A model generated the notes under the pieces. The model did no database searches and was not told where the DNA came from. It worked only from the letters and a program-made list of their open reading frames with translations. Made by a program: the position numbers and the translations under genes. 36,114 bases of DNA. Source: a virus (lineage: Duplodnaviria; Caudoviricetes). The stretch lies in the IMG/VR virus record IMGVR_UViG_3300033406_000024, positions 1-36,114 of that record. One strand, written 5' to 3'. Shown here in pieces: positions 1 through 8,350 of this stretch (position 1 is its first letter; each line of letters opens with the position of its first letter).

Positions 1-233
1 CTTTTCATATTTGATTTGACTGTTTCAAACATGCTAGGTTTGTCTTCAAATTCTGCCATACTAATATTTAGCCCTTCGCAAAGACGTTGTATAGTTCGTT
101 GCGTTGGGCTTTTTTTCTTTAATATTATGTCGTTTATAGTTGATAGGCTAACCCCGGTCTTTTTCTGTATCTTTGACTGATTAGCACCAGTTTTATCCAT
201 ATACGTTATTAAAATGTCTGCAAAGTCTTTCAT
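1..233 (-). CDS. CI-like XRE HTH repressor (runs off left edge)
   Basis: Hand translation MKDFADILITYMDKTGANQSKIQKKTGVSLSTINDIILKKKSPTQRTIQRLCEGLNISMAEF...; GGTGGTG RBS; divergent from cro-like gene; not in ORF track. Confidence 0.9.
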   Translation of the reverse strand, partial: MKDFADILITYMDKTGANQSKIQKKTGVSLSTINDIILKKKSPTQRTIQRLCEGLNISMAEFEDKPSMFETVKSNMK

Positions 234-277
234 TTAAATCACCACCAGTATTAATCAGTTTAGTATTTACTAGTGAA

Positions 278-306
278 AATATAACATGGGTTATCCGCTA
301 AAGCAA
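278..306 (-). promoter_or_regulatory. Leftward (repressor) promoter
   Basis: Minus strand TTGCTT-17 bp-TATATT with TGn extended -10. Confidence 0.6.
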
Positions 307-368
307 ATAAAAACGAGAAAATATAATAAAAGTTCCGCAAAAGCGTTGACTTTCTCCGCAACTGCGGA
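291..368. promoter_or_regulatory. Three operator sites, consensus TCCGC-N4-GCGGA
   Basis: TCCGCTAAAGCAAA (294-307), TCCGCAAAAGCGTT (334-347), TCCGCAACTGCGGA (355-368, perfect arms). Confidence 0.8.
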
Positions 369-374
369 TATAAT
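346..374 (+). promoter_or_regulatory. Rightward early sigma-A promoter
   Basis: TTGACT (346-351), 17 bp, TATAAT (369-374); AGGAGG RBS at 391-396. Confidence 0.88.
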
Positions 375-402
375 TAAGTTGTAAACAATTAGGAGGTGCG
401 AT

Positions 403-615
403 ATGAACTATCTACGCCGGATGATGGATAGTCGGAACTTAAACGGCGCGGAAGTAGCTCGGGTTTCCGGCGTGTCAACGTCCCAGATTTCCGACATACT
501 TCTGGGCCGAAAATCACCAACGGTTAGAACTCTTCAAAAGGTAGCGGATTCTCTTGGTTTTAGTATTGTCGTTGTTGATAAGAAAAAATCAGAGAACCGC
601 AAAGTAGCCCAATAA
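403..615 (+). CDS. Cro-like XRE HTH regulator
   Basis: 70 aa HTH (AEVARVSGVSTSQISDILLGRKSPTVRTLQKVA); divergent from repressor. Confidence 0.9.
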   Translation: MNYLRRMMDSRNLNGAEVARVSGVSTSQISDILLGRKSPTVRTLQKVADSLGFSIVVVDKKKSENRKVAQ

Positions 616-690
616 AAGGAATTAACCTCCTAATATATCTATTTCGTGAGGTTGTGGAAAATTCCTAAAAATTGAAGGGAGGTGAAATGA

Positions 691-867
691 ATGGATAAAA
701 AGTTTGACCCCGTTGAAACAAGGAAACAGTTAATAGTTGACTTTGCAACCTACACTTCATACTTAATGAAAATTAATGAAACTACTCCTGCAATGATTTC
801 CGAAATAAGAGCAAGCGTGGAAAGTGCGACAGTTTTACTTAAGGGTTATTGGGAAATGGCAGAGTAA
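691..867 (+). CDS. Hypothetical protein, 58 aa
   Basis: GGGAGGTG RBS; MDKKFDPVETRKQLIVDF...YWEMAE. Confidence 0.7.
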   Translation: MDKKFDPVETRKQLIVDFATYTSYLMKINETTPAMISEIRASVESATVLLKGYWEMAE

Positions 868-904
868 TAAGAGGTGAAAATTCGTAAGTAGGAGGTGAAA
901 AACC

Positions 905-982
905 ATGCTAACACATTTCGCCGTCACGTTATCTTTTATCGTCATGGCGCTCTGCATCTTGGTTGGCTGGTCAGAACAATGA
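905..982 (+). CDS. Hydrophobic micropeptide, 25 aa
   Basis: AGGAGGTG RBS; MLTHFAVTLSFIVMALCILVGWSEQ; ATGA overlap with next ORF. Confidence 0.55.
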   Translation: MLTHFAVTLSFIVMALCILVGWSEQ

Positions 983-1089
983 TACATAGCTTTTATGAGT
1001 GGCTAACGAACAATGGACAACTGACCTGGTGCGAAGTCGTAGGGGTTGCGTTAGTATATCTCGCATGTATGGTAGTTGTTGGTTGTTAA
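979..1089 (+). CDS. Single-TM micropeptide, 36 aa
   Basis: MIHSFYEWLTNNGQLTWCEVVGVALVYLACMVVVGC; translationally coupled start (3' part of track ORF 895..1089). Confidence 0.55.
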   Translation: MIHSFYEWLTNNGQLTWCEVVGVALVYLACMVVVGC

Positions 1090-1170
1090 AAAAAGGGAGG
1101 GGCTGTGTCGTGGAACAACAGCCCACTGGGGTTAGCAACCCCACAGCTATATAGTAGCAAATGAAGGGAG

Positions 1171-1638
1171 GTGAACACCATACATAAAAACTATGGCAGA
1201 TTGATTGCCAATGCCAGAAAAAATGTCGGTTATTCGCAGGAAACAGTGGCAGAAATGCTACATATCAGCGTTAGTTCAATGCGGAAGTATGAAACAGGCG
1301 AGTATTTACCACAAGAGGATATAATCGCTCAAATGGTTCGCCTTTATAATTCGCCGCGATTAGGGTATGAATGGTTGAGGCAAAACAGCGTTGGCGAAAT
1401 GCTACTTCCGGAAGTAGCACATAAACCTGTTTACGAGATTTATGCAGATGTGTACAGGGGCATTAAAGAAGCTAAGCACTTAGAGGATAGGATGGGCAAT
1501 ATCACCAGGGACAACGTAATTGAACGTCACGAGCAACTAACAAATACTCGCGGCAGAGTAGTTTTTGAAAAGATTATCGCAGCAGCATTTAGCTATTTGG
1601 TACACGAAAAAACCACCCCTGCAAGGGTGGCGCGTTGA
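1171..1638 (+). CDS. XRE HTH regulator with C-terminal helical domain (CII-like position)
   Basis: ARKNVGYSQETVAEMLHISVSSMRKYETG HTH. Confidence 0.85.
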   Translation: MNTIHKNYGRLIANARKNVGYSQETVAEMLHISVSSMRKYETGEYLPQEDIIAQMVRLYNSPRLGYEWLRQNSVGEMLLPEVAHKPVYEIYADVYRGIKEAKHLEDRMGNITRDNVIERHEQLTNTRGRVVFEKIIAAAFSYLVHEKTTPARVAR

Positions 1639-1687
1639 AGAAATATCATTTACCTAAATTATAACATAGGGAGCGTGAACAAGCAAT

Positions 1688-1864
1688 ATGAGTAAAGTTG
1701 AATTGATCGTAAACTCCAAGTCAAGGGGTAAATATAACGTAACTTTGCGGAATGTTCCCGGCGAATCCAAGGCCGATATTATGAAGCTGGCTATAGCGAA
1801 TGTATCCCGTTTTGAGAATGTTCCGGAACGGTATATCAGAGTCAAGAAAGTGGAGGCGGTATAA
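1688..1864 (+). CDS. Hypothetical protein, 58 aa
   Basis: MSKVELIVNSKSRGKYNVTL...KKVEAV; in operon orientation, abuts next start. Confidence 0.65.
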   Translation: MSKVELIVNSKSRGKYNVTLRNVPGESKADIMKLAIANVSRFENVPERYIRVKKVEAV

Positions 1865-1975
1865 ATGGGTGACTTATCACAGTGCGGATACTGCAACCCA
1901 CCAAGCCTATACTACTGCGACTATGTTTGTCCGATAGCACAAAGGGCGCAGGAGGCAGAAGAAGATGACGAATAG
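1865..1975 (+). CDS. Cys-rich micropeptide, 36 aa
   Basis: GGAGG RBS; MGDLSQCGYCNPPSLYYCDYVCPIAQRAQEAEEDDE. Confidence 0.55.
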   Translation: MGDLSQCGYCNPPSLYYCDYVCPIAQRAQEAEEDDE

Positions 1976-2459
1976 CCTATATGACCTATCCGCCGCCTAC
2001 TTGGCGGTACTGGATGGGATGCCGGAAGATGTTGACCAACAAACCGTCAACGATACCTTGGAGGCCATCGACGGAGCTATAGAAGAAAAAGCGTTCAACA
2101 TTGTGGCCTATGCCAAGGATTTAGAAGGGCAGGCGAAAATTATTGAAGTCGAGGAAAAGCGGTTGTCAGCAAGGCGCAAAGCCTATGAGAACCGAGCGAA
2201 ATCAATCAAGACCTATCTACAGGGGACTATGGAAAAGCTGGGCAGGGACAAAATCAAAGGCGACTTATTCACGATAGCCTTGCAAAATAATCCCGGCACG
2301 GTGCAGATCAGCAATGAAAAAGCAATTCCATCTGAGTATTTGACGATTGTCCCGGCAAGCTATGTACCGGATAAGAAAGCGATTGCGGCGGCGTTAAAGG
2401 CTGGGGAAGATGTTCCCGGTTGTGAATTTGTACGGGGTAGGAGGCTGGCGGTGCGATGA
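1965..2459 (+). CDS. Siphovirus Gp157 family protein
   Basis: SLYDL...DTLEAI...EEKRL..RRKAYEN...PDKKAIAAALKAGEDVPGCE pattern. Confidence 0.88.
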   Translation: MTNSLYDLSAAYLAVLDGMPEDVDQQTVNDTLEAIDGAIEEKAFNIVAYAKDLEGQAKIIEVEEKRLSARRKAYENRAKSIKTYLQGTMEKLGRDKIKGDLFTIALQNNPGTVQISNEKAIPSEYLTIVPASYVPDKKAIAAALKAGEDVPGCEFVRGRRLAVR

Positions 2460-3337
2460 GCATATTTAAAAAGGCTGAACGGTCAAAAGCTAAACTTCGT
2501 CTTTCGGTTAGTGGCCCAGCAGGGAGCGGAAAAACTTATTCCGCTCTCAGGGTAGCTTTTGGTCTTGGCAACAAAGTCGTATTGATTGACAGTGAGAATG
2601 GTAGCGGAAGTTTATATTCTAGCCTTGGCGACTATGACATATTCGTCATGGAAAAACCATATGAACCGGAAAAATTGATCAATGTTATCAAAGAGGCTGA
2701 AAAAGAAAAGTACGATGTGATCATAATTGACAGCCTGACTCACTACTGGGCTGGCGAGGGCGGCTTGCTAGAGCGGCATGAGAAGATTGGTGGGAACAGC
2801 TACACGGCATGGGCAAAGGTTACTCCGGTATATCAGAAGATGATGGAAACGATTCTTCAATCAAAATGTCATATCATTTTTACAATGCGCTCGAAACAAG
2901 ACTATGTTTTAACTGAGAAGAACGGCAAGCAAGTACCTGAGAAGGTGGGCATGGCCCCAATTATGCGGGATGGCGCGGAATATGAGGTAACGGTAGCAAT
3001 AAATCTTAATATGCACCACTTAGCGGAAACTAACAAGGATAGAACGGGACTGTTTGACAGCAAACAATGGACACCTAATGAGGAAACAGGGCGCATGTTG
3101 CTAGAGTGGCTAGAATCCGGCGCAGAGCCACCACAGCCACGACTAACGGATTTACAGCGTAAAAAGATGTTTGCCATGTCTAAACAAGCCGGAATGACAG
3201 TCGACGGTATCAAAGAGCATATCCATACTACCTACAGCGTTGATAGCAGTAACGATTTAACAATAGATCAGGCCGAGGATTTGATTAGCTGGCTGGATGA
3301 TCGGATTAGTGAGCAGAAGGAGGCGGCAAATGAATAA
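2456..3337 (+). CDS. AAA_24 / Sak4-like recombination ATPase
   Basis: Walker A GPAGSGKT, IDSE, IIIDSLTH; lies between Gp157 and SSB. Confidence 0.85.
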   Translation: MSIFKKAERSKAKLRLSVSGPAGSGKTYSALRVAFGLGNKVVLIDSENGSGSLYSSLGDYDIFVMEKPYEPEKLINVIKEAEKEKYDVIIIDSLTHYWAGEGGLLERHEKIGGNSYTAWAKVTPVYQKMMETILQSKCHIIFTMRSKQDYVLTEKNGKQVPEKVGMAPIMRDGAEYEVTVAINLNMHHLAETNKDRTGLFDSKQWTPNEETGRMLLEWLESGAEPPQPRLTDLQRKKMFAMSKQAGMTVDGIKEHIHTTYSVDSSNDLTIDQAEDLISWLDDRISEQKEAANE

Positions 3338-3716
3338 AGCAACTATCTCCGGTAAAGCATGGGAACCGGAAACCAGATACAGCCAAAGCGGAACTTGCAT
3401 AACGCAAGTCTCCGTTTCGGTGTATGACGGTAAAGACCAAGACGGGAAAAATCAGTATTTCAGCATTACAGTAAAGGCGTTTAAAGAGTTAGCTGAGCAG
3501 GTCGGCAACAGCATCGTCAAGGGTGACAATGTGATAGCAGCGGGGCGGCTGAAACTGGAAAAGTGGGATAGCCAGGACGGACAAAAACATAGCCGCATGG
3601 TGCTGATCGCAGAGAGCATAGGCAAGGATATACGGTTTGGTTCTAGCAAGCCAGCGCAGGAGGCCGCTAATCCGTTTGGCGGTCAGGTATTCCCAGAAGA
3701 AGAAATTCCGTTTTGA
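3330..3716 (+). CDS. ssb: Single-stranded DNA-binding protein
   Basis: OB-fold pattern (KGDNVIAAGRLKLEKW), acidic tail EEEIPF; likely ATG at 3330 after AGGAGG. Confidence 0.92.
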   Translation: MNKATISGKAWEPETRYSQSGTCITQVSVSVYDGKDQDGKNQYFSITVKAFKELAEQVGNSIVKGDNVIAAGRLKLEKWDSQDGQKHSRMVLIAESIGKDIRFGSSKPAQEAANPFGGQVFPEEEIPF

Positions 3717-3720
3717 TGAT

Positions 3721-3945
3721 ATGGAACGGTGCAGAATGTGCGGCAGGCCCATACGGGTGCAGGAATCAGTAAATCATCAGCATGGGCCGCGCTGCTATCG
3801 AAAGTATCAGGCAATGGGTAGCCCAGTGCAGACGGAATTTGAGTTTAGTGAGCCTAGCCGATTGTTTAAGCCGGAAATGTCAATGAGGGAGCAACATCAA
3901 CGGGCCTGCGAGATTTTATATAAGTGGCAGTACAGAGCAGAGTAA
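3721..3945 (+). CDS. DUF6011-like zinc-finger protein
   Basis: CRMCGRPI...S...HGPRC motif. Confidence 0.65.
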   Translation: MERCRMCGRPIRVQESVNHQHGPRCYRKYQAMGSPVQTEFEFSEPSRLFKPEMSMREQHQRACEILYKWQYRAE

Positions 3946-4000
3946 CCCAGTTTATTATATGCGGCGACTAAGTATTCTATGCAAGGAATAGGGTGATGAT

Positions 4001-4717
4001 GTGAAATGGTTCAGAATGTACGGCGAGTTTGCCAATGACCCTAAAGTACAGGCGATGCCGGAGAACATGCAAAGGCGGCTGGTTATGCTGTTCTGCATGC
4101 AATCCAATGATGACCTTGATAACGCAACGGATGACGAAATTCTTTGCTTGCTGCGGATAAGCAAAGCTGAATTTAAAAAAACTAAGCAACTTTTTATAGA
4201 CAAGGGTTTCATTAACGAACGTTGGCAGTTGATAAATTGGGGCAAGCGACAATTTGAATCTGACAGCTCAACAGATCGTAGTAAACGTTGCAGAGAAAAG
4301 AAAAAGACTGTTGATGCAACGTTGCAAGAACAGCAAAAAAACGTTGATGCAACGCCCCCAGATACAGATACAGATACAGATACAGAATTATCATCATCCT
4401 ATAACCCTTCTTTACCGGAAAAGCCGGATGATGATGCCGCTAAGGTTTATCAAGCATGGGAGAACGGCATTGGGATGATTAACGGCACGTTGAAAGAGTT
4501 TCTTGACGATGCAAGCAAAACTTATTCACCTGTTTGGGTTATTGAAGCCATTAAAGAGGCAGTACGCTATGGTGCGAATACCTTCTCGTATGTTGATACG
4601 GTACTAAGAGGCTGGAAGATTTACGGGTTTAAGTCAGATAAACCGAGGGCTGCACCTAATAAGCCAAAGCCAAAATTAAAAGTTGTGGGTGAGGACTATG
4701 TTGACCTTAGATATTGA
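4001..4717 (+). CDS. Phage replication initiator (replisome organizer N-terminus, DnaD-like C-terminus)
   Basis: KWFRMY..FANDPK N-terminus, DTDTDT linker, EAIKEAV...FSYVDTVLRGW DnaD motif. Confidence 0.88.
   Translation: MKWFRMYGEFANDPKVQAMPENMQRRLVMLFCMQSNDDLDNATDDEILCLLRISKAEFKKTKQLFIDKGFINERWQLINWGKRQFESDSSTDRSKRCREKKKTVDATLQEQQKNVDATPPDTDTDTDTELSSSYNPSLPEKPDDDAAKVYQAWENGIGMINGTLKEFLDDASKTYSPVWVIEAIKEAVRYGANTFSYVDTVLRGWKIYGFKSDKPRAAPNKPKPKLKVVGEDYVDLRY
4283..4386. repeat. Probable origin iterons inside initiator gene
   Basis: GTTGATGCAACG twice (4310, 4343), palindrome TGCAACGTTGCA (4315-4326), AAACGTTG twice, (CAGATA)4+ at 4359-4386. Confidence 0.6.
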
Positions 4718-6128
4718 GTTGACCGACATGGAGGCCGAGAAAACGGTAGTGTCGGCAATGGTTTATAAACCTGCATTAGCCGATATTGGTCTTAGCGAGT
4801 TGACTAAATTACACTTTGCCAACCCTGATAATCAGCGAATTTTTGAGGCTGTTAACTCGCTGGCTGACACTGATCAGGAAATCAATGTTGTTGCTGTATG
4901 GAACATGGTAAAGGACGTTGTTGGCGGTGGTTTAAAGAGTCTACTAGCGGACTTTGTAGGCGACAGTGTATTCCGGTCTAGCGTTGATCGGCTAAAAAAA
5001 ATCTACCAAGCCAGGAAGTTATACCAGCTTAGCCAGCAGATTGCAGAGGACGTTGGGAACAAGCTAAAGCCGGATGAAATAGCGGTCAGGATTGAGGATG
5101 CGCTGTATGAGGCGGTCAACGAGACTGAGATAGTGCCGATTGTAACGCCGCAAAAACAGGCTGAATTGATACTAGAAACAATAGGCGAACGGATGGACAA
5201 AGAGAAACGGTATAGCCAGTGTGTTTATACCTCATTCGAGGCATTGAATAAGCGAACAGGCGGCTTTGAAGCTGGGGATTTGGTGATTATATCAGGGCCG
5301 ACTGGCGGCGGTAAAACAGCACTGGCAATGAACCTCATGCGTGACATTGCGGTTGACCAGAAGCTACCGATACTGCACATCAATACGGAAATGAGTCAAA
5401 AACAAATTGACATGCGGTGGGGCGCGATTATATCAGGTGACTACGGTGTAAATAATGCCACGATACGAAACGGCGAAATTTCGCAACAACAGTTTAGCAA
5501 TCTAACGGCCCAGCTAAATAACATGTTCAAGTCGGAATTATACAGCGTGACTATAGCTGACTTGACGGTTCCTAAGATGCTATCAACGATTCGACGGTTC
5601 AGCAGGCAGAAGAAAATTAGGGCGGTAACAGTGGATTACATAGGCCGGGTGGACACTATGAACAGCAATAAAGACGATTGGAAACAACTCTTATCGGCGG
5701 CTAAAAAACTAAAAACGCTTGGGCAGAAGTTGGGCCTTGTAATTTTTATGATCGCTCAAAACAACAGCGAGGGAAACCTTGCAATGGCTGGTTACATGGA
5801 ACATGAAGCTGATTTACACCTACAGGTTAGGCCGCTAACCGAGGATGAACTTGAAACGTATGCGCGGAGCCAAGAAACGTATTGGAACTATGCGATGCTG
5901 ATAAAAAAAGGCCGGAGTAGCCCAAAGGGTAAAATTCCGATGCGATTTGTTGGTGAAAAACTGACGTTCGTTATGAATGACAAGGAGGCTATGCGATATG
6001 CAAGATTGGCTGCGGAACAACAAAAACCAAAAGAAGATTCTGAGGCTAATGAACCACAGGCCGAGGATAGTCAAAATAGTTCTTGGCAGAGAAGAAATTT
6101 TTCAAAATCGAGGCCAGCTTTTGCTTGA
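4698..6128 (+). CDS. DnaB-like replicative helicase
   Basis: EAEKTVV N-domain, TGGFEAGDLVIISGPTGGGKT, TEMS, VDYIG, AQ motif. Confidence 0.92.
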   Translation: MLTLDIELTDMEAEKTVVSAMVYKPALADIGLSELTKLHFANPDNQRIFEAVNSLADTDQEINVVAVWNMVKDVVGGGLKSLLADFVGDSVFRSSVDRLKKIYQARKLYQLSQQIAEDVGNKLKPDEIAVRIEDALYEAVNETEIVPIVTPQKQAELILETIGERMDKEKRYSQCVYTSFEALNKRTGGFEAGDLVIISGPTGGGKTALAMNLMRDIAVDQKLPILHINTEMSQKQIDMRWGAIISGDYGVNNATIRNGEISQQQFSNLTAQLNNMFKSELYSVTIADLTVPKMLSTIRRFSRQKKIRAVTVDYIGRVDTMNSNKDDWKQLLSAAKKLKTLGQKLGLVIFMIAQNNSEGNLAMAGYMEHEADLHLQVRPLTEDELETYARSQETYWNYAMLIKKGRSSPKGKIPMRFVGEKLTFVMNDKEAMRYARLAAEQQKPKEDSEANEPQAEDSQNSSWQRRNFSKSRPAFA

Positions 6129-6504
6129 CCGGATAACTAAACGGATAGCGTACTTGTTTGAAACCGGGACACAAACGGAAAGCCCTATTGAAGATAAAAT
6201 GCTGGCGGCTCTAGCCGAAACACTTAAAAATCAAAAATGCAGGATTATTCCTCAATATCCGGTCGGAGATTACCGAGTAGATATAGCGATAATTTCAGAC
6301 AAAGTAAGGATTGCGGTTGAGTGTGACGGTTATGCGTATCATTACGATAGTCCGGAAACGGTTGTAAAAGATAAGCAGCGCGAAAGATTCCTGATGATAA
6401 ACGGATTCAATGTTATACGGTTTGCAGGTAGTGAGATTAACAAAGATGCGGAGGCGTGTTCATGGGAAGTGCTAACGCTATTAAGAAGGCTGGCAGCGGC
6501 GTGA
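6121..6504 (+). CDS. DUF559 / Vsr-like PD-(D/E)xK endonuclease
   Basis: ESPIE...QYPVGDYRVDIAI...AVECDGYAYH...DKQRERFL...RFAGSEI; TTG start at 6121 likely. Confidence 0.85.
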   Translation: MLDRITKRIAYLFETGTQTESPIEDKMLAALAETLKNQKCRIIPQYPVGDYRVDIAIISDKVRIAVECDGYAYHYDSPETVVKDKQRERFLMINGFNVIRFAGSEINKDAEACSWEVLTLLRRLAAA

Positions 6505-6878
6505 GCCTAGCAAAAATAACTCTCGCCGGAATGCGCCCTATCACGAAAAAAAATCACACTGAGCGCACTAAATCAGGGGCCACGATACAATCCAAGGCGT
6601 ACCGCGATTATGAAAGCAGTTGCCTATGGCTACTAAAAGGCCAATGGCGAAAACCTCCTCTGGTGGGCAGGATGAACCTGTGCGCCAGGTACTGGATGCC
6701 TAACCGGAGCGGTGAGCCGGATTTGATCGGGCTATTACAGGCTACGGCTGACATACTCGAAAAGGCTGGGGTAGTTGAAAATGACAAGTACTTTAGGCGG
6801 TTTGACGGTAGCGAGGTAGTGGGGATTGATAAGCATAATCCAAGGGTTGAGATAGAAATTGAGCTATTGGAGGGGTAG
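6501..6878 (+). CDS. RusA-like Holliday junction resolvase (atypical active site)
   Basis: KKN...SKAYRDYE...PDLIGLLQATADIL.KAGVVENDK...IDKHNPRVEIEI; GTGA overlap start. Confidence 0.75.
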   Translation: MSLAKITLAGMRPITKKNHTERTKSGATIQSKAYRDYESSCLWLLKGQWRKPPLVGRMNLCARYWMPNRSGEPDLIGLLQATADILEKAGVVENDKYFRRFDGSEVVGIDKHNPRVEIEIELLEG

Positions 6879-6882
6879 AGCG

Positions 6883-7389
6883 ATGGACAACATTTTAACA
6901 CCGGAAGATATTGAGTTTTTACGGGAACTGGGGCGAGAGTTAAAAACACAGGATAATGCAGCTACGGCAACACCAATTTACTTCACAATCATGCAAGAAG
7001 ATATTACGACAGGGATAGATGAAGAATACGCTGACGGAATGTGCGTATGCGACTGCGAAGGTAATATTTTTATTGAAACGGATGATTTTAAAAAATTTCT
7101 TATAGAGAACTATGCAGATAGCTTTGATGCAGAAGAATTAGAAGATATGGAAATATGGGAACTATTTGGGCTTGCAGAACGATGCGGAGTAGATGACCTT
7201 ACTTATACCGGATACAGAAATATTGAAAAACATGATGGAGTTTTTTTAACCAGAAAGGCACTTGACGATCATGTTAAGGCAAATTATTACCACTACAAAA
7301 AGAACCCAGTAAGTTATGCGCATCATGCTTGGCGAAATCCAGAAATGAAAAGGTTGCTTGAAATAGTTGAAAAGTTTGTGGAGGGGTGA
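6883..7389 (+). CDS. Conserved-looking phage hypothetical protein
   Basis: GGAGGGG RBS; QDNAATATPIY...FLT...NYYHY...HAWRNPE. Confidence 0.75.
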   Translation: MDNILTPEDIEFLRELGRELKTQDNAATATPIYFTIMQEDITTGIDEEYADGMCVCDCEGNIFIETDDFKKFLIENYADSFDAEELEDMEIWELFGLAERCGVDDLTYTGYRNIEKHDGVFLTRKALDDHVKANYYHYKKNPVSYAHHAWRNPEMKRLLEIVEKFVEG

Positions 7390-7391
7390 AC

Positions 7392-7562
7392 ATGTATAAG
7401 GCGGTCAAACAGGTATGCGCCACATGCACACACTTGGATAGGCAAGCGTACCCGGGTAAGGCGGTCTGCTATATGCAGAATTCTACGGTACGGCATAAGG
7501 TGAGGCAGGCGGTACTGGTTAAACCTAGTGACAAGTGTGGTCGATGGGAAGGGGTGCAGTGA
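7392..7562 (+). CDS. Cys-rich hypothetical protein, 56 aa
   Basis: MYKAVKQVCATCTH...C...CGRW; RBS and TGATG coupling to next ORF. Confidence 0.65.
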   Translation: MYKAVKQVCATCTHLDRQAYPGKAVCYMQNSTVRHKVRQAVLVKPSDKCGRWEGVQ

Positions 7563-7867
7563 TGGTTGAGTGTAAACATGGATGGATACCAGAAGGGGCG
7601 ATATGTAGAGATTGCAAGGAAGCCGACCTACGCCAACAACTACAGCAGGCACAGGCATTATCAGATACAGCCGGAGCCGAACTACTCGAAAAAATTGGAC
7701 AGTTGGAGCGTAAGAATAAGGCGTTAAGGTGCTGCGAGAACTGCGAATATGTGCGGTGGCTTTGGGGAGAGCGAGAATGTGCGTTAGACGGCAAAGATGC
7801 AGTTGAATGCGAAAATAATAACCATAATCACTGGGTAATAGCAGAAAGGCTGGTGAGTAAGGAATGA
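7562..7867 (+). CDS. Cys-rich coiled-coil hypothetical protein
   Basis: CKHG..CRDC and CCENC motifs flanking a coiled coil. Confidence 0.65.
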   Translation: MVECKHGWIPEGAICRDCKEADLRQQLQQAQALSDTAGAELLEKIGQLERKNKALRCCENCEYVRWLWGERECALDGKDAVECENNNHNHWVIAERLVSKE

Positions 7868-8073
7868 GCGAGGTAACATGTGAACAATGTAATTTAGGTT
7901 GCCCTGTTCCAAAACTTATGGATGGATTACAGGCCGAAAAAGCCAGAGCAAAAGCGGCAGAGGCTAGGGTGGCTGAACTGGTGGATGTACTGGAGTTTTA
8001 CGCTGATAGAAATACTTATTTTGCAGCCCGTAAAGCCCTAGCCAAGGCAGAGGACGGTGATAGCAATGCCTGA
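7864..8073 (+). CDS. Hypothetical protein
   Basis: ATGA overlap; LEFYAD...ARKAL motif typical of phage accessory genes. Confidence 0.65.
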   Translation: MSEVTCEQCNLGCPVPKLMDGLQAEKARAKAAEARVAELVDVLEFYADRNTYFAARKALAKAEDGDSNA

Positions 8074-8350
8074 TATTAAACCTTGTACTAAATTTACAAA
8101 TTGTTCGCTTGAAGATCAATTCCGATCAATGGACAGTGAGCTTGATGAAGTTGCAACAGCACTCGTTGTCTATCTTGAAGCTAAGTCAACCAGAAATGTT
8201 AATCACTTAGCAGAGGAAATAGTTGACCTGCAAACAGCTTGTGAAACTATGTTGGCGATCATAAATGTTGATGTTGACCAAGTACGGCAGCGAGTAATTG
8301 ATAAGAATGCGGTAAGAGGATATTACAAGGAGGCGACCGGCAATGCCTAA
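8066..8350 (+). CDS. MazG-like NTP pyrophosphohydrolase fold protein
   Basis: SELDEV...LAEEIVD...KNAVRGY acidic motif spacing. Confidence 0.7.
   Translation: MPDIKPCTKFTNCSLEDQFRSMDSELDEVATALVVYLEAKSTRNVNHLAEEIVDLQTACETMLAIINVDVDQVRQRVIDKNAVRGYYKEATGNA

Noticed and set aside
617-666. Interrupted inverted repeat after cro with a minus-strand AGGAGG and a sigma-H-like sequence
   Set aside because: The -10 does not match GAAT and the antisense ORF is only 7 codons; not enough support
895-1089. 64-aa ORF as called in the track
   Set aside because: Its GTG lies inside the RBS; two coupled ORFs at 905 and 979 fit the signals better
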